A DNA stretch of 64,000 bases from an uncultured Candidatus Woesearchaeota archaeon (GTDB taxonomy: Archaea; Nanobdellota; Nanobdellia; Woesearchaeales; UBA10107), in contig CAWIGF010000001.1 of NCBI GenBank assembly GCA_963835585.1, positions 34,184-98,183 of the forward strand, written 5' to 3'. Shown here one piece after another: positions 49,657 through 60,790 of this stretch (the first letter of the stretch is position 1; each line of letters begins with the position of its first letter). Below the pieces are notes generated by a model, which searched no databases, was not told the origin of the DNA, and saw only the letters and a list, made by a program, of their open reading frames with translations. The translations under genes were made by a program, and so were the position numbers.

Positions 49657-51265
49657 CCATGTTCATTGGCTTTTGCATCGGCTGGTTCTGTCCTGACGCA
49701 ATAACATCATCGATTCTCAGAATCATCTCGGCAACTTCCGCTGCGGAGGAAACAGCCTGCGTCTTTATTTTCAACGGTTCAATTATTCCTTCGTCCCATG
49801 CATCAATTATTTTTCCGGTGAACACATCGATTCCTGCCCATTTGACCCCTTTGTCATGGGCAACTTTCAGATCTGTAAGGACATCAATTGGATCGAGCCC
49901 CGCATTTTCCGCGAGCGTTATCGGAATGATTTCCATCGCATCGGCGAAAGCGAGTACTGCCAACTGCTCCCTGCCGCTCAACGAAGTAGCGAATAATCGC
50001 AGGTTTCGTGCAACTTCAACTTCGCATGCTCCTGCACCTGCGACAACTCTTCCTGATTTTATTGCAGCGACCAAGTCACCTATCGCGTCTTCCATTGCCC
50101 GCTTAACTTCCGCGACAATATGCTCAGTTCCTCCCTTAACTAGAATCGTTACTGACTTTGACAAGCTTGTGCCGCTCACGTACGTTACATTATCATCTCC
50201 CATCTTCCGTTCCTCGACAATTTCTGCATATCCCAAATCGGATGAGCTCAAGTCAGAGAGCTTTGTTACAATCGCTGCTCCTGTTGCTCTCGCTAATTTT
50301 GCCATGTCCGATTTCTTTACCCTTCTGCATGCATAAATGCTATGCTTTGCGAGATAATGCTGAGCCAATTCATCTATTCCTTTCTGACAGAACACAACAT
50401 TGACATGCAATGAGGACAATTTGTCGACCATTTCCTTTATGATCCGTTCCTCAGTCTCTAGGAACGAGTGCAGTTGCGATGGGTCCGTGATTTGTATTTT
50501 CGCTTCTATCTCAGTATTCTTTATTTCAAGAGCAGAATCAATCAATGCTATCTTCGGATTTGCCAGTTTCTGGGGCATTCCGGAATGAACTTTTTCCTTG
50601 TCGAGAATAAGACCCTCAATTATCTCTGAGTCCTCGACACTATTCCCTATCTTCTTCTCTATCGCGATATCGTCGCGCTCGATGACAAAATTTCCTTTTT
50701 CATCTTTTTCAATGACTTTTATAAGTGCCTTCAGGCACAGCAGGGAAAGTTTTTCTTTCGCAACCTCTGCCCCCTTTCCAGTCATTGCCGTCAATGCTAT
50801 CTTCTTCAATAAATCAAGATTTCGCTCGTCAATATGCTCGGAAATATTCCTCAATATAATCTGCGTTTTTTCCTCCGCAATCCTGTATCCCTTTACAATG
50901 ATGGTTGGATGAATATTTTTGTCGAGAAGAGTTTCTGCCTGTTTGAGCAATTCTCCTGCAAGAACAGCTGCCGTCGTCGTTCCGTCTCCAACAACTTCTT
51001 CCTGTGTCTTCGCAACTTCGACAAGCATTTTTGCGGCTGGATGATCCATCTGCATTTCCCTCAGGATTGTCGCGCCATCATTCGTGATGGTGATATCCCC
51101 AAGCGCGTCAACAAGCATCTTGTCCATTCCTTTTGGACCCAATGTTGTCCTGACTGTTTCCGCTACTAACTTTGCGGCCGCAATATTATTTCTTTGGGCA
51201 GACCTTCCTGTGGTCCTGGTTGTGCTTTCAGGTAGAATGAATATTGGTTGAACGTCTTTAGCCAT
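49640..51265 (-). CDS. ths: thermosome (group II chaperonin) subunit
   Basis: [39 protein letters not shown]; own TATA at 51303-51310. Confidence 0.97.
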   Translation of the reverse strand: MAKDVQPIFILPESTTRTTGRSAQRNNIAAAKLVAETVRTTLGPKGMDKMLVDALGDITITNDGATILREMQMDHPAAKMLVEVAKTQEEVVGDGTTTAAVLAGELLKQAETLLDKNIHPTIIVKGYRIAEEKTQIILRNISEHIDERNLDLLKKIALTAMTGKGAEVAKEKLSLLCLKALIKVIEKDEKGNFVIERDDIAIEKKIGNSVEDSEIIEGLILDKEKVHSGMPQKLANPKIALIDSALEIKNTEIEAKIQITDPSQLHSFLETEERIIKEMVDKLSSLHVNVVFCQKGIDELAQHYLAKHSIYACRRVKKSDMAKLARATGAAIVTKLSDLSSSDLGYAEIVEERKMGDDNVTYVSGTSLSKSVTILVKGGTEHIVAEVKRAMEDAIGDLVAAIKSGRVVAGAGACEVEVARNLRLFATSLSGREQLAVLAFADAMEIIPITLAENAGLDPIDVLTDLKVAHDKGVKWAGIDVFTGKIIDAWDEGIIEPLKIKTQAVSSAAEVAEMILRIDDVIASGQNQPMQKPMNMDDMGN

Positions 51266-51324
51266 CTTTCCCTCAATGAGTACGCTAACCACCCTATCCT
51301 TATTTATAAAGGTTATCATGGTCA

Positions 51325-52214
51325 GGCTCTGTCCTAAAAGTCGGTAAAGCCAAGAAAATAAGTTATGGCAGACTAGCCGCAAATATACTTCTGTGCGGAT
51401 TGTCCGCACAGTTTTGGAGCTGACACTAGCTCCAAACTTGCGTTTTATACTGCTGTTGCTTGATTCAACAAGCGATCTTCGATGATACGTTCTCAATCGA
51501 TACTGCCTCGCCATTTTCTTACGATAACGACCTCGCTTTGCGTTCTTTTTCGCTGGAACCATGAGCACCATGTTGTGCTCATGCGCAAACTTGAACAAAT
51601 ACTCGGCAGAATATCCTTTGTCTGCCACAGCAATCCTCGGATTACTGTTTTTTAAGAGAAATTTCGCATCCTTGATGTCGTGTGCTGGAAGCACACGAAT
51701 CTTCGCAGCGCAGAATTTCTTTTTTCGCGTGTCGAATGCTGTGCTTAGTTTGATGGGAATACAAGGGAAATTCCCGTCGATGCGCTTCAGATAATGATAG
51801 CTCGGATTTGTCCTCGACAAACCTGTGCTGTCGATGGCAACGAGATGCGAGTTGCCACAAGTTATGCTCAATATTTTCTGCCAGAAAGCTGTATCGAGTT
51901 TTGCAGCGGTATACTGCAACGCTGATTTGCTTGGGCATCGTATGCCAAGCAAATCGCAGTGTTCCCGGACCCTGCGATAGGACAATCTGCAATATGCCTT
52001 GATGATCAGTGCGTGCAAATGCTCCAGAAATTCATACGTCTTCGGTCCGAAATGGTGCAGCCATCTCGGACAGCCCAATCTCCTCAACAAACGCTTAAGT
52101 TTTTGTATTAGTTTTGTTTCTTTTCCCATGTGGGGGTTCACTCCCCACCCCAGAACAGCCTAGCGGCTGTCTGGGTTATTAGTTTTATGAATTACAGAGA
52201 TTTAGGACAGAGCC
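51325..52214 (-). mobile_element. IS5-family insertion sequence, 890 bp
   Basis: TIRs GGCTCTGTCCTAAA (51325-38) and TTTAGGACAGAGCC (52201-14); 9-bp TSD TCATGGTCA (51316-24, 52215-23); transposase AIDSTG, ADKGY, YHRRSLVES starting near 52129. Confidence 0.95.
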
Positions 52215-52262
52215 TCATGGTCAATAAAGCTTAAATATATCCCTCCGAAAAAGAGAAATCCT

Positions 52263-53141
52263 ATGGGGAAAAACTCAGTACTTTCCAATATTGTTATCAA
52301 ACAAGAAGAAGAAAAAATCACAGCACATGCAGACTATATGCCACTTCGTATTGATTCCGAGAACTTCGTTCGTCTTACACATGATCGAAATCCAATCCAC
52401 TACAAACTTCCTATATGCAACGAGGCAATTGCTCCAGGGTTCATGCACACGACAGCTGCGTTGGCATTGCTCTCAGAAATCATGCGTAATGATAATGACC
52501 ATTTCCCCAGATACTGGATTCAAGAAGTTAACATGAATGGTGTGGTCATTACAGGTATTCCACACAAAACGGAGACGACATTCGACCCAAAAAATAAGAT
52601 ACAGATTTCAAACATCTTAAATCCAAAGAATAGTGTGCAATGCAGCATTAAAAATTCAGGCTACGATATATGGCAAGACATTCCTTTACCATCCGCAACC
52701 CTCATACATCAGGATCACATAGAAATCCCAGACGAATCAGTACTTTCAGATTTTGGAAGCATACTAAATCCGAATCTCAACGGCATGCAAACTCCATTCT
52801 ATGCGCTCGCTTGTGCATCATCAGTTGTCTTCTCCGCGATAGATGCCAAAAAAATACGTAATCCTGCACAAGAAGTGATGAACATGTATGCTAGTCAGCA
52901 CATTCAAACAGATATGGAAACTCTAAAATCCATAAAAAAAAGCATGACACTGGATTTTTACCTCTCTGAACCAGACAAGTTCGGCGTAATCTCTCCTTCG
53001 ACGATAGATATGTGCGTCATAGGAAAAAATGAGAACGGAGAGGTGGCATACATCGTCTCTGCGCCGCTAGCATTCAAGGAAGAAGCCCGCATGATGAAGT
53101 TGATAAGACGGTATTTGAAGCAGATAACGCCCACGCAATGA
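52263..53141 (+). CDS. hot-dog fold (MaoC-like) protein
   Basis: FVRLTHDRNPIH...IAPG motif. Confidence 0.6.
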   Translation: MGKNSVLSNIVIKQEEEKITAHADYMPLRIDSENFVRLTHDRNPIHYKLPICNEAIAPGFMHTTAALALLSEIMRNDNDHFPRYWIQEVNMNGVVITGIPHKTETTFDPKNKIQISNILNPKNSVQCSIKNSGYDIWQDIPLPSATLIHQDHIEIPDESVLSDFGSILNPNLNGMQTPFYALACASSVVFSAIDAKKIRNPAQEVMNMYASQHIQTDMETLKSIKKSMTLDFYLSEPDKFGVISPSTIDMCVIGKNENGEVAYIVSAPLAFKEEARMMKLIRRYLKQITPTQ

Positions 53142-53207
53142 AGCGATGATTTCCTGTCTCAAAAGATACATGCTCCTTTCATTCAGAATTGTTATAAATT
53201 AGCGTTT

Positions 53208-53795
53208 ATGTTTCAACACATGCAAAAACCAAAATTCATGCAAAAACCAAAATTGGAATTACCGAATGATCCATATTCTCTCATAGACAATAAGGGCGGA
53301 ATACATCCCTATTACTTATCGCAAATGTATATTCGCATCCATAAAACAATAGCAGAAAAAATTGGAGAAGAAACTCTTCAACACAGATTGTTCTTCGAAA
53401 ATGACAAGAAAAAAGATGATTATCATTTTAAATTAAGCAAGCAATATAAAAAATATTTTTATTGTGCACTAAAAGACAAGAAAATAAAACAAGAACTTGC
53501 CTCTCTGCCAAACATAGAAGCGATTCTTTCCATAATAGGAAATGCAACGTCCGGACATCTGAAAGACAACAAGAAAAAATACAATGCATTGGTTCACGAA
53601 GCAATTCAAAATTATTCCTTTCCAAGCGAAACACATCCAAATGAAGGACAATCAGAAGCAGGCGAGCACAACAGTTTAGTATCATGGAAGGGGGTCAGAA
53701 AAATAAAATTCAATACAAAACCTAGAAAGATAACTGAATTACTGCAAAGATGCGACCCAAAAAACAATCCAGATCTGAAGAAACAGTATGAATAG
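53208..53795 (+). CDS. hypothetical protein
   Basis: 195 aa; short N-terminal repeat MQKPK x2. Confidence 0.55.
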   Translation: MFQHMQKPKFMQKPKLELPNDPYSLIDNKGGIHPYYLSQMYIRIHKTIAEKIGEETLQHRLFFENDKKKDDYHFKLSKQYKKYFYCALKDKKIKQELASLPNIEAILSIIGNATSGHLKDNKKKYNALVHEAIQNYSFPSETHPNEGQSEAGEHNSLVSWKGVRKIKFNTKPRKITELLQRCDPKNNPDLKKQYE

Positions 53796-53927
53796 AATGT
53801 CTCATATATTTTTTCTATATTGAAAATAATTAGCAAAAATCAACAGCAACGTTTATAAACAACCCCTATAACAAAAGGAATAAATCTTCTATTCTGGTTT
53901 AAATCGGAAGTAGAGGGGTTTCGAAAA

Positions 53928-54611
53928 ATGGTTCAAGTGAAAAAAGGCGATTTCATCGAAGTTGAATACACAGGCAAGGTAAAAGAGGATAATTTTGTTT
54001 TCGACACGACATCGGAAAAAATCGCAAAAGAAAAAGGAATTTTTAATCCATATGCATCATACGGCCCAACAATAATCTGTGTTGGAGAAGGTCAGTTGCT
54101 GAAAGGACTCGACATCAAGATACAGGGCAAGGAAATCGGAAAAGAATACGAATTTTCATTAAGCCCAGAAGAAGGATTTGGAAAGAAATCAGCGCAGTTG
54201 CTGAAACTAATTCCTGCAAGCGCATTTAAGAAAGGAAATACGCGACCAGAAATCGGCATGCAAGTCGAGGTTGATGACCAAATTGGCGTGATAAAAACAG
54301 TTACTGGCGGAAGAATCGTTGTAGATTTCAACCATCCACTGGCAAGCAAAGATCTTGAGTATACAATCAAGATTAACAAACTAGTTGTTGATGATGCAGA
54401 AAAAATAAAATCAATGGTTTCATTGACGCTCAACCTGAACAAGAGCAAGATTGACGTTACCATCCAAAATGGAAAAGCAACGGTAAAGACACTCAAGCTT
54501 CCTGAAATATTCCACAAGGAACTTTCAAAGAAAATAATGACAGTTGTTCCTACCATTAAGGAATTAGTTTTCGAAGAAACACCTCAGAAAAAAGAGGAAA
54601 AGAAGGTTTAA
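53928..54611 (+). CDS. slyD: FKBP-type peptidyl-prolyl isomerase (SlyD-like)
   Basis: GDFIEVEYTG, FDTT, VDFNHPLA. Confidence 0.95.
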   Translation: MVQVKKGDFIEVEYTGKVKEDNFVFDTTSEKIAKEKGIFNPYASYGPTIICVGEGQLLKGLDIKIQGKEIGKEYEFSLSPEEGFGKKSAQLLKLIPASAFKKGNTRPEIGMQVEVDDQIGVIKTVTGGRIVVDFNHPLASKDLEYTIKINKLVVDDAEKIKSMVSLTLNLNKSKIDVTIQNGKATVKTLKLPEIFHKELSKKIMTVVPTIKELVFEETPQKKEEKKV

Positions 54612-54662
54612 ATAGAAGGAACCACTGAAATTGTCATTAACCCTTAAGAGGTCAGACGACAA

Positions 54663-55751
54663 ATGGACACTACCATAAACACAGTAAGTCAACAAGAAAG
54701 ACATTCTGATAGCGATGCAGAACTGGAAGCATTCATTTCAAAACAGCAGGCATCTATCAAAGTCATTGGTGTCGGTGGTGGCGGAAATAATACAATCAAT
54801 AGAATGAGTGAAGTCGGGATTAAAGGTGCCGAAACAATTGCGATAAACACCGACGCCCAGGATTTGCTTTACACGACCGCTGATAAAAAATTACTGATTG
54901 GAAAAGAAATATCAAAAGGACTTGGTGCAGGCTCGATACCGAAAATAGGAGAGGAAGCGGCACGAGAGTCCGAAAATGAAATCAAAAGAATGCTAAGCAA
55001 TGGCGATATGGTTTTCATAACATGCGGCCTTGGAGGAGGAACAGGTACAGGTGCAGCTCCTATTATTGCGGAAATAGCAAAAAAGATGGGAGCATTAACT
55101 GTTGGTGTCGTGACACTCCCTTTTTCAATGGAAGGAAGCAGGAGATTTGAAAATGCAACCATCGGTCTCGAAAAATTAGAAAATATTGTTGATACGCTCA
55201 TCGTAATACCTAATGACAAGTTGCTGGAACTAGCTCCAGATTTGCCATTGCACACTGCATTTAAGGTTGCCGATGAAATATTGACAAATGCAGTTAAGGG
55301 AATTGCAGAATTGGTAACGAAAGCAGGACTGGTCAATCTTGACTTCGCGGACATAAGAACTGTAATGGGCAACGGCGGAGTTTCGTTGATTGGAGTCGGA
55401 GAAGCAGACGGAGATAACAGAGCACAGGAGGCAGTTGAAAAAGCTGTTCACAACCCATTGCTTGACGTTGATATTGCAGGAGCAACAGGAGCTTTGATCA
55501 ATGTATCAGGCGGCCCTGATATGACATTGGACGAGGCTCGTAAAATAGTTGAGACTGTCTCAGAGACGCTTGATGAGGATGCAAGAATTATCTGGGGAGC
55601 TCAGATATCAGAAGATTTAACAGGAGTAGTTCGCGCATTATTGATAATCACAGGAGTGAAATCAAGCCAAATCTTTGGACCTATGAAAAAAGTATCCAAG
55701 GAAAAGAGAAGAGAAATCGAAAACGAGCTCGGCATTGATTTTGTTGACTAA
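54663..55751 (+). CDS. ftsZ: cell division protein FtsZ
   Basis: [24 protein letters not shown]. Confidence 0.98.
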   Translation: MDTTINTVSQQERHSDSDAELEAFISKQQASIKVIGVGGGGNNTINRMSEVGIKGAETIAINTDAQDLLYTTADKKLLIGKEISKGLGAGSIPKIGEEAARESENEIKRMLSNGDMVFITCGLGGGTGTGAAPIIAEIAKKMGALTVGVVTLPFSMEGSRRFENATIGLEKLENIVDTLIVIPNDKLLELAPDLPLHTAFKVADEILTNAVKGIAELVTKAGLVNLDFADIRTVMGNGGVSLIGVGEADGDNRAQEAVEKAVHNPLLDVDIAGATGALINVSGGPDMTLDEARKIVETVSETLDEDARIIWGAQISEDLTGVVRALLIITGVKSSQIFGPMKKVSKEKRREIENELGIDFVD

Positions 55752-55753
55752 AT

Positions 55754-55948
55754 ATGGAAGAAGGTCAGCAAAAAGCAACAATGATGCAGAGATTGAAGCG
55801 ATTTTATCATGAGTGTGTTCGTGTCCTGACAATAACCAAGAAACCAGATGGCACTGAGTACAAGACCATTGTCAAAGTATCAGGGCTCGGCATTGCGTTG
55901 ATTGGTTTGATAGGATTCATCATACAGATGATAAGCCAAGTATTGTAG
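55754..55948 (+). CDS. secE: preprotein translocase SecE/Sec61gamma
   Basis: RVLTITKKPDGTEY...GLIGFII; position between ftsZ and spt5. Confidence 0.93.
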   Translation: MEEGQQKATMMQRLKRFYHECVRVLTITKKPDGTEYKTIVKVSGLGIALIGLIGFIIQMISQVL

Positions 55949-55955
55949 GAAGACT

Positions 55956-56435
55956 ATGACAGAAGCAGAACAAAAAACAACAATTTACGCTGTACGAACA
56001 ACAGCAAACAGGGAAGACCAGGTAATGGATTTCTTAGAAAGCAACATAAAGAAAAAGAAGCTTGGTGTCTTCTCAATAATACACCCTCACGGCATGCGAG
56101 GATACATTTTCGTTGAAGCACTTACGAGGAGCGACGCGGAACAGGCGACACAAGGAATCCCTTACGCACGAGGAATCCTCGACAAGGAAGTGCAGATGAA
56201 AGAACTGGACCATATGTTCGAACAGGCTCCTTCCGAAATGAACATTCAGAAGAACGATATTGCGGAAATCATATCAGGAACATTGAAAAGGGAGCAATGC
56301 AAGGTTCAGCGAGTCGATCCCGTGAAAGGAGAGGTCGTTGTCGTGCTATTGGATGCGGCAGTGCCAATCCCAATCACATTGAAAATGGATGCGATCCGCG
56401 TAATCAGAAGAGAAGGCGAAGAAGACAACAAATAA
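55956..56435 (+). CDS. spt5: transcription elongation factor Spt5/NusG
   Basis: IYAVRTT, GYIFVEA, KOW domain, VPIPITL. Confidence 0.95.
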   Translation: MTEAEQKTTIYAVRTTANREDQVMDFLESNIKKKKLGVFSIIHPHGMRGYIFVEALTRSDAEQATQGIPYARGILDKEVQMKELDHMFEQAPSEMNIQKNDIAEIISGTLKREQCKVQRVDPVKGEVVVVLLDAAVPIPITLKMDAIRVIRREGEEDNK

Positions 56436-56450
56436 ATTTTTATTTTAGGA

Positions 56451-57386
56451 CTATTTCTCAATGTATATGCAATGACTATATTCTTTTAATATTTCTTCAA
56501 CTGGTTTTAATCGGGCTCCATCTATTCTTTTTATTCTCATCGGATTAAAATTACTCTTATGTGGATTGAACGGCTCTCCGTCGACAACGAAACATGCCTT
56601 GAAATGCTCTTTGAAATAATCCCGCACATCTTTGTTATTTGGATAATATCCATATGCGTATGCCCAATATTTAGGAGCGGGAATTCCATGTTTCTTGAAT
56701 TTTTCCAGAAGGGGTTCGACTTCTGCCCTTGCTTGTTCAACTGTTGCGTTTCGCAAGCTGCAATGCTTTGTTCCATGTCCTTCGATAGTTATATTTAGTT
56801 CTGAAAACTCTTCGAGAATTTCATCGAGACGGGTTTTAGAAGTACCAAGATTTTCATAAGGAGATGAGACAAAGAAAACTGCAGCCCTTCCGAAATCTTT
56901 GTGTACCTCAGTGAAATTTTTGTAAACTTGTATAAATTCTGGATTCTCAATACAATCGTCTACAGACAATACAACAGGCTTCTTTCCTTTCGGTAAATGC
57001 ATCGTGCCGTTGACTGCGTCGTCAAGAGGAACAAGGAAGAAATCATCCCGATATAAATAAGACAACATTGCCTCAAAGACCGGCTCAGTAAGGTGATTTC
57101 TTGCGCCTGGTTCTAATGAATGGTATATCGAATGAAAAAGCAATATTGGAATGAATCCTTCGTTTTCGCATTTTATGTGCGATGTCTGGGCAGGAGAAGA
57201 AATTTCTTTTGAAACCATAGCGGGAGTTGATTGTTGGAGAGGGACATCTGGCAAATATATCTGAGGTTTGGAAAAACCGATTGGTGTAGGTGTGTCGACA
57301 AGAGATGGAGTTGGTGTTTGTGAGAATAGTTGTGCAGAAGAAAGTATACTCGCTGCCAATAGTCCGCTAATGACTGTTTTTTTCAT
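56451..57386 (-). CDS. secreted polysaccharide deacetylase (CE4/NodB-like)
   Basis: PILLFH, PVVLSVDD, EGHGTKH, AYAYG; signal peptide and Pro/Thr linker. Confidence 0.85.
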   Translation of the reverse strand: MKKTVISGLLAASILSSAQLFSQTPTPSLVDTPTPIGFSKPQIYLPDVPLQQSTPAMVSKEISSPAQTSHIKCENEGFIPILLFHSIYHSLEPGARNHLTEPVFEAMLSYLYRDDFFLVPLDDAVNGTMHLPKGKKPVVLSVDDCIENPEFIQVYKNFTEVHKDFGRAAVFFVSSPYENLGTSKTRLDEILEEFSELNITIEGHGTKHCSLRNATVEQARAEVEPLLEKFKKHGIPAPKYWAYAYGYYPNNKDVRDYFKEHFKACFVVDGEPFNPHKSNFNPMRIKRIDGARLKPVEEILKEYSHCIYIEK

Positions 57387-57492
57387 GACGAAACGTCCAA
57401 AGAACCTCCCTTATCATATTGTTCGACGAGATATTTAAGCCTTATTAACGCCAACAGCAATCTTTATAAATTAACCATAAGACCAAAACATC

Positions 57493-58269
57493 ATGGCAAA
57501 GCAAACAGTTGAAGCTATGATTGCGGGCGGCAAAGCTAGCGCATCCCCTCCACTTGGACCAGCTCTTGGACCTACAGGACTCAACGTAGCTGAAGTCATA
57601 AAAAAAATTAATGAAAAAACAATAGCATTCAACGGTATGCAAGTGCCAGTAAAAGTAGTTTTTGATCCTTCTGATAAAACATTTGACATAACAGTTGGAA
57701 CTCCTCCTGCAAGTTCATTGCTGAAAGGAGAAGGTAAGATCGAATTGGGTTCCGGTTCCGCGAAATTGGACAAGGTTGCAGATTTACGAATAGAACAGAT
57801 AATCAAGGTCGCAAAGATGAAGGAAGATTCTCTCGCAGGACGAACACTCAAAGATAAAATAAAGGAAATCATTGGAACATGCTTGTCTATGGGAATTTTA
57901 GTGCAAGGAATGGACCCAAGAGACGCTATCAAGGCGGTAAATGCAGGAAAATATGACGCTCAGATCAAAGCAGAGAAGACAGAATTGACAGTTGAGGAAT
58001 TGAAAGCAATAGATGAGGAAAAGAAAAAACTCGCTGCAGAGTCGGAAAGACGACATGCACAAGAAGAGGCAAACGCAAACCAGATCATGAAGGAAATGGA
58101 AGGCAAGCCAACATCCACAATAAAGGCAAAGATGATAGAAGTGGGAATTTCGCGAATGGTTATCGACAAATTGCTCGGTCTTGGAAAAGCAGCAGCTGCG
58201 CCAGGAGCACCGGGAGCACCTGCACCAGCGGGCGCAAAACCAACTGCAGCAGCACCTGCTAAGAAATAA
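57493..58269 (+). CDS. rpl11: 50S ribosomal protein L11 with long C-terminal extension
   Basis: GGKASASPPLGPALGP, VPVKV, PPASSLLK, IIGTCLSMG. Confidence 0.95.
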   Translation: MAKQTVEAMIAGGKASASPPLGPALGPTGLNVAEVIKKINEKTIAFNGMQVPVKVVFDPSDKTFDITVGTPPASSLLKGEGKIELGSGSAKLDKVADLRIEQIIKVAKMKEDSLAGRTLKDKIKEIIGTCLSMGILVQGMDPRDAIKAVNAGKYDAQIKAEKTELTVEELKAIDEEKKKLAAESERRHAQEEANANQIMKEMEGKPTSTIKAKMIEVGISRMVIDKLLGLGKAAAAPGAPGAPAPAGAKPTAAAPAKK

Positions 58270-58414
58270 TTATCTTCTTTTAATCAGATATTTTTGTTTA
58301 GTTCATATCCTTTCCTGAACCGAAACCTTTCTCTAAAAATATAAGTATATTTATAAGTATTTATATAAGATAATAGATATATATTTAAATAAGCATATAA
58401 ATAAGTATAAAAAT

Positions 58415-58579
58415 ATGACCGAACTCAAACGAAAGCTCTACAAGAGAGGCAGCTCGTACGAGACGACAATCCCCATGCCGTTGCTTTTCGCACTGGACAA
58501 GAAAAAGAAGCACAATGTTGTTTTCAAATTTGACAATCAAAGAAACAAATGGTATATAGAATTCGAGGAAGTGAAATGA
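58415..58579 (+). CDS. small AbrB-like protein (54 aa, not in track)
   Basis: MTELKRKLYKRGSSYETTIPMPLLFALD...KWYIEFEE; ATGA overlap with the next gene. Confidence 0.75.
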   Translation: MTELKRKLYKRGSSYETTIPMPLLFALDKKKKHNVVFKFDNQRNKWYIEFEEVK

Positions 58580-59835
58580 AACTTATTTTCCACGGCGGAG
58601 CGAAAGAAGTCGGAAGGAGCTGCATAGAGATAAATTCAGGAAAGAGCAGATTCCTGTTCGATGTCGGGGCAAAACTAGGAATGGAGACAGAATACCCTAC
58701 AATTCCAAATAAAATCAAAACAATTGATGCAACGATTATCACTCATGCACATCTGGATCATTGCGCAGGATTGCCGTACATGAACAAGCAAGGACTTGAC
58801 TGCCCGATATTCATGACGGAGGGCACGAGAGAGCTCGCAAAAATACTCATCAAGGATTTCATGCACGTTGAATCGCTGACAAGCGTTCCTCCTTACACAA
58901 AGGACAATATGTTTTCTGCGTTTTCAGAGTTCCATTCAAAACCATACAGACAAAGATTTCAGATCAAGGATGCAAATTTCATGTTCTTTGATGCGGGACA
59001 CATACCAGGAAGCGCAATAGTCGTCATAGAGACTGAAGGAAAGCGCCTCGCATATACTGGAGATATCAACATGACACCTACAAGATTGGTACAGGGAGCC
59101 GATCTTCATATTGGAGAGATTGACGCACTAATCATAGAAACAACATACGGGGACAGGGAACATCCGGATAGAACGCAGACAGAAAATGATTTTCTAAATA
59201 AAATAAAAGAAACAATCAAAAGAGGAGGAAGCGTATTCGTTCCTGTATTCGGAGTGGGAAGAGCACAGGAGATTTTAATGCTGCTCAATACGCAAAAGCT
59301 TAACGCTCCCATATACCTAGACGGCATGTCACGGGATGTTACTGATCTTATTATCCAAAACAATTGGTGCAGAGACGTTGGCGCATTAAAGAAAGCAAGA
59401 GACAACGCAACATATCTGAGAGGAAGGCAGGAACGGAAAGACGCGCTAAAGCAACAAGGAATATTCGTGACAACATCAGGTATGCTCACAGGAGGTCCAA
59501 TCCTTGAATATCTGAAAGAAGGATATGGAGACAAGAAAAATTCCATTTTGCTTACAGGATATGTGATTGAAGGCACCAATGGGCGATTATTAATGGATGA
59601 AGGATCCATTTTCCTGGAAGGGAAAAAGGTCAAGGTGAAAGCGGAGTACACACAATACGACTTTTCAGCTCACTGCGGATTAGATGAACTGAAAGAAACA
59701 ATCCAGAAACTCAATCCAAGAAAATTAATCCTTCTGCACGGCGATGAATCAGCATTGCAGAACATGGCAGAGGAACAAAGAAAGAAAGGTAGAGAAGTAT
59801 TCATCCCAGGAATAGGGGACGAAGTTTACATTTAG
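58576..59835 (+). CDS. beta-CASP metallo-beta-lactamase ribonuclease (aCPSF2-like)
   Basis: GGAKEVGRSC, THAHLDH, AGHIPGS, YTGD, ETTYG, FSAH, LHGD. Confidence 0.93.
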   Translation: MKLIFHGGAKEVGRSCIEINSGKSRFLFDVGAKLGMETEYPTIPNKIKTIDATIITHAHLDHCAGLPYMNKQGLDCPIFMTEGTRELAKILIKDFMHVESLTSVPPYTKDNMFSAFSEFHSKPYRQRFQIKDANFMFFDAGHIPGSAIVVIETEGKRLAYTGDINMTPTRLVQGADLHIGEIDALIIETTYGDREHPDRTQTENDFLNKIKETIKRGGSVFVPVFGVGRAQEILMLLNTQKLNAPIYLDGMSRDVTDLIIQNNWCRDVGALKKARDNATYLRGRQERKDALKQQGIFVTTSGMLTGGPILEYLKEGYGDKKNSILLTGYVIEGTNGRLLMDEGSIFLEGKKVKVKAEYTQYDFSAHCGLDELKETIQKLNPRKLILLHGDESALQNMAEEQRKKGREVFIPGIGDEVYI

Positions 59836-59853
59836 ACAAAAAGAGGTGTTGAC

Positions 59854-60192
59854 GTGAAAGATAGGTTTAAGGAATTTTTGGAAGATCTGAACTACAACGA
59901 GCTTCTTGACCTACAAAAGAGCGTAAAGGACAAGGATTCGGACATACGGAAAGTTCTTGACAATCATGTTGATGTTGTCGAGCGAATGAATGCCCGAGTC
60001 TGCGCAACATGCGGGAACCAGCTCCTTCCGAATAACACCAAGAACCTTGTCCTCCATTTCGGCCCGGAGGATTTCAAGAAGAAGGCATCGTTCTGCGCAT
60101 TTGATTGCCTGGAATTCTTTGTCGAGCAATTGAAAGCAATGGAGAACAAGAAAGAGAAAGACAAGAAAATATATGGAAGATATACCAAATAA
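59854..60192 (+). CDS. Zn-binding hypothetical protein
   Basis: CATC...FCAFDC; GAGGTG SD, GTG start. Confidence 0.75.
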   Translation: MKDRFKEFLEDLNYNELLDLQKSVKDKDSDIRKVLDNHVDVVERMNARVCATCGNQLLPNNTKNLVLHFGPEDFKKKASFCAFDCLEFFVEQLKAMENKKEKDKKIYGRYTK

Positions 60193-60790
60193 AACATTAT
60201 CAGTGATTGTCGGCATGGCACTTGTTGTATCTGTAATAGGGATGTTCAGTTTGTCTGATCATTTAAATCTAATAACAGGATTCGGAACTACGGGAACTGC
60301 GCAAGTCAATATCACAAAATCAGCTATCCTAAATGTTACTCAGCCTACGATGGATTTCGGAAACGGAACTATTTCCCCTGGCGCTAATTGCGTCATGTCA
60401 TCGCTTGACGTGTCAAGAGATCCCAATAATTGTTTCACTGCATCAAACGGCTTGAAAGATGCCACTAACAGCAGTTTCCATGCGCAGAATGTCGGAAACG
60501 TTGCATTGAATGTAACGGTAACTGATCTTTATTCAAATGCATCCGCGTTCTGGGGCGTTAATGGCGGAAACTACACATTTGAGTGCTTAGACAATGTGAC
60601 AAACAATGGTGCATCCGGGGAAGTAACAACATGGACGACGCCAAATTCCACTGCTCCACTGAAATGTTCACTTTACCTGAACTCAACATACTTGCAGAAC
60701 GAGTTCTTGTTGGCAATAAATATTTCGATCCCAACGACAGCATACGGTTTCAAGAACGACACATGGACATTCACAGCAACTCAGGCTTAA
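60173..60790 (+). CDS. secreted Asn/Thr-rich surface protein
   Basis: N-terminal TM helix followed by ITG motif; many N-x-S/T sequons. Confidence 0.7.
   Translation: MEDIPNKTLSVIVGMALVVSVIGMFSLSDHLNLITGFGTTGTAQVNITKSAILNVTQPTMDFGNGTISPGANCVMSSLDVSRDPNNCFTASNGLKDATNSSFHAQNVGNVALNVTVTDLYSNASAFWGVNGGNYTFECLDNVTNNGASGEVTTWTTPNSTAPLKCSLYLNSTYLQNEFLLAINISIPTTAYGFKNDTWTFTATQA

Noticed and set aside
49640..52141. 833-aa ORF as an evolved transposase-chaperonin protein
   Set aside because: TIRs and the TSD show an IS insertion; the thermosome keeps its own promoter and start codon
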